From contig NW_003314323.1 of NCBI RefSeq assembly GCF_000143415.4, positions 1,058,499 to 1,122,498 on the forward strand: DNA of 64,000 bases, given 5' to 3'. The translations under genes and the position numbers were made by a program. The notes beneath the pieces are model-generated. The model was not told the origin of the DNA and did not search any database. It saw nothing but the letters and a program-made list of their open reading frames with translations. The stretch is from Selaginella moellendorffii. Taxonomy: Eukaryota; Plantae; Lycopodiophyta. Below are positions 11,314 through 22,230 of the stretch, piece after piece (positions within the stretch are counted from its first letter, which is position 1; each line of letters opens with the position of its first letter).

Positions 11314-13270
11314 TTAGTGTTTGCTTGGCATTAGAGATTCCAGGACTTCATTTTTTCTCTTATTTTTTTTTCTCATTGCTTCTTCTTCTTTCTCCCTCTT
11401 TTTTTTCAAGGCTTCCAATTTTTTCTTCTCTATCACTTCAGCTTTTCTGGCTACTGCTTCTTCCCTCTCCTTTTTTTTGATGGCTGCTGCTTCTTTCTTT
11501 TTTATTGTTGCTTCTTCTCTTTCTTTTTTCCTTGCAGCCCTTTCAATTGCTTCCAATTTTTTCTGCTTCTCATGTGCTTCTTTTGCAGTGGCAATTCCTT
11601 CAACAACACTAGTGAATTCTGGACTTGTTAAAACAGTTCCAGCACTAGCTTGCAACACTGGTCCAAGTCGAGGACGACTCTGCACCCCTAAAAATAATTT
11701 TGCATGTAGGTATGCCACCTTGTTGTTTTCTGATTGCCATCCAGGCACATCCACGTGTTGCTCATGGTGCTCAGCTTGATGCTCTAGCAAAGCTCCTGGG
11801 AAACAAAGTTGTAAGTGAATGAGAATTGAGAAGTGCTTTTTACCTAGTTGCTCAAGTTGTCTAGGAAGTTTAAGATGCTCAAGCTAGTCACGATCATTGC
11901 TTGCTTGCTGCTCAAGCTGCACTGGATGCTGTAGATGGACCTCAGCCTACACTACATCCTCATGCTATTCAGGTTGCACTAGATCTTGCTCATGATTGAG
12001 GTGGCTGCTGATCTCTTGGTCTCCCAGCTCCAAACTGTTTTCGAAGTTTGCTTCAAAGTCATTGAAAGATACTGCATGGAGTGTACTTGGACCAAAGTGA
12101 GTGTCCATAGCATTCTTGTTCAACGGCCATAAACCATTTGCTCTAAAACCGAACTAGATGTTTGTAGGTGTTAGAGCCATAGCCATGGCTCTACTGGATA
12201 ACTGTGCAAGATCTTGACAATTGACTTCGTGTCCTAGATGTCCAAGAGTGTGTTCATCCACGCACTGCCTGAAATAACGCTTGTATGGCCCAAAACATGC
12301 AATGTCTAATGGCTGCATGTGGTGAGAAGTATGTGCTGGAAGAAGAATCACATCCACACCTAACATTCTTGCTGTGTCAAGTGCAACCTTTGTGACATGG
12401 GATCTGTGGCCATCAACAATCAGAGCATGGTGGTTTGTAGGCAAGCATCCACCAAGTACTAATTTCACAAAGTGTTCAAGCCACTGTGGCCACAAATTGT
12501 CTGTCATCCAGGCTTTCTTGCTGATGGCAAATGCAGCTCCAACTTCACAATCTGCAATCCAATTTTGCATCCTCCGCTCACCTTTGAAGATATAAAAGCC
12601 AGGTATTCGTCCACCTACTGCATTTATGGCCACTAGAACAGTCATGTGCTCTGTGTTGTTTGGGACAATTCGGTAATAAGATCTTGCACCTCGAGCAGCC
12701 AACACTTTGACACCTCCAGAACGATTAGCCCGAACACCAGTTTCATCAGCATTCCAAATGTGATCTGCCTCATAGTTGTTTCCAATGTAAGTTGCTTCCA
12801 AGTTTTTGTAGAATTGTGCCACAACTACTTGATTCAAGGACTTTGCTCGTTGCAGCTCCAGGCCTCAGCGACTTTGCTACTGACCTCTGGATGTCTTTTC
12901 ATAAAACCTCTGCACCATTTTCGACTTGGTCCTCCTTCTATCCAGGTAGTTACTCTACCAGCAACTAACAGTTTTGCTGCATCTTTCAGTTGATTGAAAG
13001 TGAGTGGATAACCGATTTCAACTCGAGCTTTCACCAGAGATGCAAGAGACTCTTCTTTCGATGATGTAAGAATGGTGGGAGGACCTGGTCGTCCTGTGCT
13101 GCGTCCCCTTAACTAATCTTGCAAAGTTGTCTGAGGTACATTGAATTATTGAGCAGCTTTTCTTTCAAACATGCCACACTCTTCCACCTCATGCATAGCC
13201 TTCTTTATTGATTCTTCATTCCATGTTCTAGTTGCATGCTTCTGGCTACGTGCTTTGGCTGGAGGCTGAC
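11314..13270 (-). pseudogene. DD35D pogo/Fot-like transposase (HTH-psq, CENP-B HTH, DDE_1, K/E-rich tail), disrupted
   Basis: WNEESIKKAM..RKAAQ*FNVPQTTL; GPSRKWCRGFMKRHPE; IWNADETG..LIVDGHRSH-(35 aa)-QPLD. Contains in-frame stops and a frameshift near 12835. Confidence 0.88.
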
Positions 13271-14323
13271 TTACAAGACAGTAGAGAAGTCAAGCATTTC
13301 TTTTTCTTTCAACCTGACGATCTTTTACCTTTGCAGTGCTAGGACATTAGCTTTCAGGTACACTTTCAGGGACAGGAGCTGCCAAACTTCTCTGCACTAC
13401 GGGCTGGAAGCAAGTCTAGTTAAAAATCTGAAATGGAAACAAATAGTTACCTCTTGTGGCAAGGACAGCCTAGAATGGGACAGCCTCTGGGAGCTGTGAG
13501 TGTTTGCACACAAGCTCTTGAAAGTTGTGTTCTTTTGCCCTGTAGTATGCTGGTTTCTTATTATAGCATTTTGACCAGGCAAGGAAATGGTGTGCGATGT
13601 GCTTCGTGTACGTATATTGTGTTGGCTGAGCTTTGTAATTGATTGAACAGTAAATCTTGTGATAGGATCTAAGAAATTATTAAGAAATGAATGTTTTTCT
13701 TCTTCAAAAGAGTGGCATACCTCAAGATTTGATGTGTTCTTTCCAACTTTTTCACTTTTTTTGCCCACTCCTGAGATACTTTGACCCTATGATGAAATGC
13801 AACTTGATGAATAGCTGAACTTAGCAAATCTCTTGCTCCTACAGTTTTATTAAGCTTTCTTCTAAACTTAGGAATACAGATGAAATAGAGCAGTGGAATG
13901 AGTTCCTTTTCTTCTAAATAGCTAGATTTGTGATTGAAAAAAGTGATGAATGCTTGGATCACACTCAAATCCATCGCAACCTAGAATGCCATTGAACCCA
14001 CCAAAAAATTGCCGTGTAATTTTCCATTTATCACATGGACAAGGTTTGGGCCAGGGGTGGCCAGAATTAAGGACTTGGGCGAGAATTGGGCCCGTTACCC
14101 TAGATCTGGAGCTCGATTCCAAGGACGAAAACGATTCAATGAAAAACTAGGGAGGTTTCAATCCTCCGACCTAATGCTCCAAACGTGGCAATTGTTCAGC
14201 CAGAATTATATTTCTGTCCTAATGACTAGTAAATTTTTATAAAAGCTTACCAGACTGTGATTATTGAGTCCTCAGGATAATACTTTAAATGTTCCATTAA
14301 AAAAAAAGAGAGAAATAAGACTT

Positions 14324-16574
14324 TGTGAGGGCCAAGTGTACGGCTATAATGCCGTATACTAATATTAGCATAATGGGATTTTGGTAGTCGTTAAATTGGT
14401 TTCAATTCGGACCACTTGCTCCTGTATATAAACTAAGGTTTTTGGGTTAATTAATATGCACATTTCTGTATTTCCTTTCTATATTTTATGCACTCACATT
14501 AGTGAAAGTGAAGGGCATCTTTATTATTCATGAAGAGTGTTTGGATTTGGGATTTTGGTTTAAATCTAACTTTTGCATTGTCTAGATTTAACTTTTTCCA
14601 TTTCCTTCCTTTTGTTTTTTCCTTTCAGGATTTTGGTTTAGATCTAGCTTTTTGCATTGTCTAGATCTACCATTTCCTTCTAGCTTTTTTTTTTCTTCTT
14701 TTGCTCTTTCTTTTTCATTCATCTTCATGGCAAATCAGCAATCTCCTCCTTTGACTCTAGAGTAGCAGTTGGTACAATTACTTGATGCTATATGCTTGCA
14801 ATTGAATAACCAAACTCAGTTGATGGCAACGTTCACGGCACGTGGTACAACTCTTGCTTTTGGTGCCAATCCTCGCGTTTGGCTAGGGTTCTTTCACGGG
14901 AATTCTAGGGATGATGTGTACCGTTGGTTTAATCACTTCATGGTGATTGCCACATATCATTCTTGGGATGATGCTTGCTGTTTGCATGAGTTTCCTATGT
15001 GTCTCCAAGGGATGGCATTGCAGTGGTACAATGGTTTGGGCACAGCTACTCGTGAGGATTGGAGTGTTTTCCCGGACGTCTTCAAACGCGCATTCAGACA
15101 TGCTAACAACTATGATGATGCCTTCCAACAATTGCATTATCTTTGCCAAGGCCATCTGAGTCGGTGATGCAATTTGGTGTTCGTTTCCGAAGTCTTTTGC
15201 TTCATGCGGAGCCAAATATGTCGGAGCAGTTCAAACTATGAATGTTGTGGCCAGCACTTTGTCAAGATCTGGTCGGACTTGTCCATGCACTTGCTCCTGC
15301 CACCCTTGACGATACTCTTCACTTGGCACAACGTTATGAGACATCGCTTCTTCCACTTTTTGTTGCACGTCCTTTAGCTCCAGTTCCTTTGGGTGATGGT
15401 TCTGTTCCAATGGAGGTTGATGCTGCTGCTGCTTGAGTCCAAGGACAAGGTCGAAGACGTGGTCGTGACCGTGATGTTCGCTGCTGGGTGTGTGATGAAG
15501 TTGGTCATACTTATTGGCGTTGTCGGTGGTTTCCGGATTGGCAACCTCCATTTCCTAGGTGGAGACTTTGGCATCAGTAATGTCCCATTGGTGCTGCTGC
15601 AGTGGACGATTTGGACACCGAGATATATCTGGGAAACAAGGAGTCATGCAAGTAACGGAGGGACCTTGCGTGAATAAGTCAGTGACCCCTTCATCTTTCT
15701 TTTGGGAGTATCATCAAGGGGTTCACTTGGCACCGGTTCATCCAGTGTTTACTTTCTAAACTCGTTTTTATAACAAAAGATCTCCTATTATTCTCTCTGT
15801 ATTGGTTGATATAGGTTCGAGTTTATCTTCTATTGCTTGACCTATTGCCACACATTGTCATCTACACTTGCATTGTGCGGGCAGAACCAGTTTTCATTCT
15901 TTATGGCAACAGTTGTACACATACATATGCACAAGATGAGGTGGACTTGATTGTGCATGTGAGCGATTTTGAGCTTGAGTTGCAGTCATTGCAGGTGGTG
16001 TCGAATCAAGCTTTTAACCTCATTCTTGGTATAGATTAGTTGCAATGTAATCATGCCAAGTGTGATTTTGAGGCTTCTTCCTTTTGTTTCATATTTCCTT
16101 ATGTTTCATCCATTCCTTTCACTTCTGTACCTTTTTGTCCCTTTATTTCTACCTTTGCTTCCATTACTTTTGTTCCCCTACTATTTCCTCCTATGTTTCC
16201 ATCTTGTTCTGCTCTTCCCTTTTCCAATCTCTCTGACGATTTTTGTGTTGCAGAGGTGGACCAGCTCATGAAGGAGTATTCTACTCTCTTTGAATTTGAC
16301 CTATCATCTGGGGCCAAGATTGCCACACATCATCCAATTCCAATTGAGGATGCTCATCCAATCAAGGTTCCCATTTATCATCGGTCACCCAAGGAGATCA
16401 AGATTTTACGTGCCAATGTCAAGGAGATGTTAAAAAAGGGTGTTATTTGGAAGTCATAAAGTCCTTGAGCATGTGAGCCTCATCTTGTGACGAAGCCTGA
16501 TGGGAGTATTCATTTCTACATTGACTATTGTCTATTAAACGAAGTGGCAATCCCAAATGTGTACCCTCTTCCAA
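14324..16574 (+). mobile_element. 5' part of a degenerate Ty3/gypsy retrotransposon (LTR, gag, protease, start of RT), truncated at the TIR element
   Basis: LTR TGTGAG...CTCACA at 14324-14498 followed by a degenerate PBS. Gag FHGNSRDDVYRW..ALQWY, VPMEVD and a CCHC knuckle (CWVCDEVGHTYWRC). RT start KEMLKKGVI..KPDGSIHFYIDY..YPLP stops abruptly at 16574. Confidence 0.85.
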
Positions 16575-17014
16575 GCTCTATTTCGTTAAAGTGGGAATTG
16601 TCATTATCCCACTTGTAAAATAAGGTTTCCAAACCTTTATATAGTATATAAATATAACAAAATTCAACTGCATTGAGGCACATGCCATTTTATTTTAAAC
16701 AAGGAAATATCTACTCAATCACTTCTCCTCCCCTTGCCACTGCTTCACCTCTCTCTTCTCCTTGTCATCGTCGTCCAATTTCTTTCCATCCTTTTAATAT
16801 TGGCTCAATTGCTCCAAGTCTAGGTGGAGCCCAAGTCCCCATTCAATCTTTACTTTCCCCTTATTAATAAAACAACTTCGTAGACTTCCAATAACATGCT
16901 GTAACACTTCTAGTATAATGCAAATCCTCTCAAAGAATTGTCTTTTAATATTAATACAATGGCATGGAACCCCATGCCATAATAAGTTACATTTTTAAAT
17001 AAATACATGCCATC

Positions 17015-19757
17015 TCAGACTATTATTTTTTGCCTCCAACGCCTATACAATAATCTTGGAATTTCGTCATTCTCCACACTATCAGGATTTAAACCCAATA
17101 GTAATGCCATCTCTTCTCTAATACATCCACGCTCATGTTCAGTGGTCGAAGAACCCATCCGGTTGAGCAGATTATGGAGATGCGGATAGTGCTTGGCTAG
17201 ACAATATACATGCCATAAATGATGACTGGTGTTTGTCCGATCAAATGGCTTCTGATATACCGTTCCATCTGCCATTTGGTTGATTTCTGCAGCCACCTCC
17301 TGGACTGGCCGGTTCTCTATCACCATCGCTCCAAGCCGTTTTGCAAGGTCCCCTAGAACATACGGTTTCTTCTCCCTAGTTTCCATACTGCAAGAGATGG
17401 GGTGCATTGCATATGTGTGCGTGTTCGCTGCAGTTTTAATTGGCGAGTCATCGATGATGAGGATTTCACTTGACCTAGCAGTCCGGTTCATCACTACAGC
17501 CTCTGGCTTGACGAAGATGGGCTTACTACCCCTCACATGGACCATAGTCAAGCAATCCTCCTGCGTTAGGAGAAAGTCAAATGGTAATATTACTCGCGTC
17601 TGATCGTGCATCATCTATAGCAACATTAATGCATTGTGGCGCATCATGGATGTCCAAACTCCCAATTGCAAATTGAACCCGACCCTCTGTTTTAAGTGTC
17701 GCATGGTCATTATTAGATCCCGCAGTTTCTCCCGTGTGATTAATGTGAATCTGTCTCTTTTGACCAACTTGCGACCGCAGGCTTTGGAGGGTGTAGTGAC
17801 ATTCGAGGACGAGCCACGCTCATGGGAGAAAAGGACACCGTTCAGATCAAAAACGATATAGTACCTTCGCCGTGACTCTGAAATGAAATGCGTCAGCATA
17901 AAAAATGGTACAAGTCAATTTTACCATCTACAATATTAGCGAATGGTGCTCCCGATGGTCGTTGAGAGGGTTTTGGTCGAGGAAACGTGAAGGGCGGAAA
18001 TACTCTCCTCTGCAATGTGGGGTCAATCGCATCCGATGGCGTGTGGGCACATGCCATTTCAGCTGTAGACTCTGGTACAATTGGCTCAACAGTGGCATGG
18101 GGTGGTTCCGATGGCGTGTGATCACACGCCATTTCAGCTGGTGCCTCCGTTGGCAAAGTGGACATGACCGAACAGGCAGCAGAGGCGGTGTAGGGAGGTT
18201 CCAACGGCACGTAGTCAGACGATTGGGCACACATTGAGTCCGTTGGAAATGAGGATACGACCAGCTCGGCGGCTGGGGCGGCCTCATGTGGGTCCAATGG
18301 CGCTTGGTCACCGTCAGTTGGATACGTGGACAAGATTGACTTAGTGGTATGGGCAGCATCAAGTGGAGCGTGGTCAGCTTACTTGGCGTTGATATGGATA
18401 GTAGCCTCCACCAGCTCTGATGACTCTTGCAGGCAAGTAGAGTCCACTGGCGGATCTATATGCATGTCCAAATATCTCCCTTCGATTGAGATGGTATCCT
18501 CCCGTGCTACTAAAAACAAACTCATTAGCACATTGAATCGACTATACTGTATTTACCATCAACTGTTATTGAGGAACTAGGACCGATATCACTTGGGCGC
18601 ACTGCTGATTCTGAAGGATTGGACATACGTTTCGACCCTTGCTTGGCACTATCCTTCCTCGACACTAAAGGCTAGAGTTTGTATCTTAATTCAACTGAAT
18701 AATCTCTACTTACCATTTGCTCTATGACCTACATAGACAATGTTAGAAATGGTAAAAGGTTAGGAATGGATGTACTATTATTTACCTGATGGTTTGTCTT
18801 GTATGACCTTCCTCCGCTGCTCTTTGGCCACCTCAGGCTGGCTATCGTCGTCATCATTGTCGTTGTAGCGCACCTTATCTCTCTCCCCTTAAGCCAACTG
18901 GAAAAGGGGCAATTGCTTGATGAGAGAGCCCTTAGTGGCTATTTTATCCTCATTTATCCCCCAAGGTTCCAAGGATCCACGGTGACAGTATATCCAAATC
19001 TCATCCCATGATCACATGCGCTACAGTCGTCGTCGTTATTGTGATCGTCACCATTGTGAGGACCATCCAAGTCCTCTTCGTCCTCCTCTTCTTCGTCCTC
19101 CTCTTCTTTGTCCTCCTCTTCGTCCTTCTGCTCTTCCTGCTCATTATCTTTCTCTGGCTCCTCATCCCCCTCCTGCATTTCTTCCATAGGCTGCTCAGGC
19201 TGGATGGCTTGTTCTTCCAGGACCATCTTGGGAAAATCATCTGGCCGAGTCTCCATCTCAAAATATAAGACATCCATAGCCTGTTTTAGTGCGTGACCTA
19301 GGACCGTATCCTCACCCGACTGTCTTAACATGGTTTCTGCACGTTCTTGCACCCTTCGAAGACGACGAAATGAGAAAAACGTGGCCCTGACTTGAAAAGC
19401 ATCCCTCATCCATTGTACCTCTCCATTGTACCTCTCCCTAGTTCCCTCTAGGAATTCCTCATAGCCGCTGCCCCCTTCTGGGAAGCCGCTAGGATGTGCA
19501 AGGTGGATCTTGAAGGCGGATGCTGTCTCTACCACAAGTGCCAGTCCATATTCTTGCATGGAACTGCATGGAGTGTCTGTCACTTGGATGAGGATCCCCA
19601 TGCATTCTTTTCTCCCACCATCTGTGTTGTACAGCCTCAGATCCTCGCCTTCTATCCCGAAAGTCCAACTGGTGAGCTCCTCCCCCTTCTCTGCATCCAC
19701 ATTGACAGTGGCTGGAAGAAGAACACAATTCCTCGCCTGTTCAGAAATGCACAACAA
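17015..19757 (-). pseudogene. Spliced cargo gene: unknown N-terminal domain, acidic tract, P/A/S/T-rich linker and C-terminal FCP1/NIF-like HAD domain
   Basis: YYIVFDLNGVL..REKLRDL..GVWTSM..LTQEDC..ILIIDDSPIK..N..A.HP matches FCP1/SCP homology motifs. A 47-nt GT-AG intron (17924-17878) joins the 17893-18333 ORF in frame. There is a stop at 17615-17617. Linkage to the 18954-19757 ORF is inferred from intervening splice-like sites. Confidence 0.6.
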
Positions 19758-21015
19758 TTAGAGCTGACAGATGAAAAGCTAGCAGCTGGAAATAACGTGA
19801 GGCCACACGCCATTCACCGCTGCATCAGATGTCTTGAGGCCGCATCCTAAGATGGCGTGAGGCTACACGCCATCTGTAACCGGACTGCACTCGAGAGCCC
19901 AATTGGTGCATGCTAATGTTGCTACTGAATGGCATGTGGCCTCATGCCATTTTCTACTTGGCCTAAAAGACTTACCATTTGAAGCCGAATGGAGGTGTGA
20001 CAATCGAGGCCGGACTCGCTGGCGAATGTGCACTGTGTGTGCAGCGGATCGTAGCAGCAAGGCTACTCTGCCACTTACAGTTGGAGAGTGGCGCTGAAAT
20101 CTCCCGGGATGCCAAGTGGGCTGTGTGTGGGTGGCAGAGTGGGCGGCGGAGTTGGCGGCGAAGTTACAAACTGGGTGTGTCTTGAAGTGGACGCCGATGC
20201 ACACGAGCGCGATGCAAGCGCAATGCGAGCACGAGTGTGATGCAAGCGCGAGTGGACGCCAATGCACACGAGAAACCTGTAGAGAAGGTAGATGAGCGCG
20301 AATGTGAGCGTGATCACGAGTGGGAGCGCGATGCGAGCGCGAGTACGATGCAAAACCTAACCTCACACGCGCGAAATGTCACGACGGTTGGTAATCCCGC
20401 CACGTCATCATTCCTCGGACTTGGGCGCCACCATTAATTTCTGGATCGCCGTGCGCATGCATGCACGTGAAATCCAAAAGAAATCCACAACGTCATCATT
20501 CCTCGGACTGCATGCACGCGAAATCTAAAAGAAAGATCATGATTGGGATATCATTTAATACCCTCGCTATATTTATACCATGCATGATTGGATATTCCAA
20601 AGCATCTTGTATTTCCAAAAATGCCAGATGTTCAGCTAAATAAAGAATGGTATACAATGTCCTTCTTGATGACCCTGCAAAGAAGCATCTCGATCGGACA
20701 CCACATGAGACCACACGAGCCTTACAATGTTTCAGGGGCATTTGCCATAGATCCGACCGTTATTTTGCTCCAAGATTTTACAGTTTGGTGTGCATTGACC
20801 TTTCCATCGACACTGCAAAGGGACATCACAATCAGATGCGGGATCACAAGAAACCAACTTCACTAACTCTGGTTTCACCAAGATCTATGTAAGGAGTTAT
20901 GAAATGAAAGGACCCTCTCTATTGAAATGTGTTTATGGTCCTAGGGGCATTGTGACATATCAAAGGATTTTGCATCAAGTTCTGTATTTGCATGTTTATC
21001 AAGCTACTGAATTGC

Positions 21016-21033
21016 TAAACCCTAAACCCTAAA
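21016..21033 (+). repeat. Telomere-like/telo-box TAAACCCTAAACCCTAAA in the divergent promoter region of the TIR element
   Basis: Read directly from the sequence. Confidence 0.55.
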
Positions 21034-22230
21034 CATGTGGCAAATGCTGCGTGAAGAAAGATGCCCTTTCTGGGCAAATGCTGTAAGAGGCAGATGCCGA
21101 GCAGATGTATCTCAGGCTAGCGAAGGGGACAAACGAAAGTTAGCTATAAACATGATGGGATGCAAATAGATTACTAGGCTGGTCCTACGAAAATCAAAAA
21201 CCATAATTGAAAACATTGAAAATGCAAAAAGAAAGGTTTATAATATTTTTGAATTTTAAGCAACCAAAGGAATGTAAGTAGGGCATGTGTTTGTAAGTTT
21301 AAAAATGCCTCAACCACTTAAATTCCCAAGTAAATAAAGTTGTTTTTATTTTTGGTACAGGTAAACTTTATAGTGTGTGGGCTCATGCAATTTTGAACCA
21401 AAAAATGCACCAAAAAATGCTCGACTAGCATTATTCTTTGAATGGCGTATGGCCTTATATTGCCATAAATGGACGTACACACACAGCATAATTATTCCTT
21501 TACGCGGCGAATAATCTTGGCGCGGATTGCTGACATGGCATGGCAAAGTTCGAATCACTGACATGGCACAGCTAGATCGAGGCAAGGACATGATGTGACA
21601 AAGTTCAACCTCCGACAGCAAAGTCTAGAAGCTACTCAGTTTGAAATTTGTCAGAGGAATCATAAGATCTGGTTTGTCAGAGGATTTGATGTGACGTTCA
21701 AGCGTGTGTTATTTTTGAAATCTCGAACTCATTCCTAGGTCTATCATTTTTGTGCGCCGTGTTCTTGGTTCCGCTAAGCGTAGTGAGCGCTGCTTGTGTA
21801 AGCGGCGTTGTGAGCTGTGGTTTATGTGTCTACGAGCGGTTGCGGCATTGCGAGCGCCATTGCGAGCGGCAGTTTATGCGAGTGGCAGTTTGTGCGAGCG
21901 GCGCTACGAGCAGTTGCGGTGTTGCGAGTGGCGCTACAAGTAGTTGTGGTGTTGCGAGCGGCACTGTCTTTGGTGTGGCTACCACTTCCTCTTGATATTC
22001 GGCACTTGTGCTTCCTGGTATGTTCGCCATGGACTGGCGTCTGGCCGCGTCCAAAGATAGCGTGAGGCCTCATGCCAATTTTGTGAATGCGAAATTTCAC
22101 GTGGGTGTCAATAGCATGTTTGAATAATGGCATATGGCCTCATGCTATTGAGGTTGTTTGGTATGCTATGATCTAAGCCATTCTCCAATCATTTTTTGTA
22201 TGGTCTTAACTTCTTTTCTGCACTTTCAGA

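Larger units (their letters stand above)
10952..14100 (-). mobile_element. pogo/Fot-like Tc1/mariner-superfamily DNA transposon (3.15 kb), TA target-site duplication
   Basis: Imperfect ~23-bp TIRs GGGTAATGGGCTCAATTTCCGCC (10952) and GGCGAGAATTGGGCCCGTTACCC (ending 14100), each flanked by TA. Internal DDE_1 transposase. Confidence 0.88.

Noticed and set aside
21462-21474. GCCATAAATGGAC, the reverse complement of the pogo subterminal repeat, as a distant right end
   Set aside because: The pogo element already has a TIR and TA at 14100, and this single 13-mer lies inside another element.
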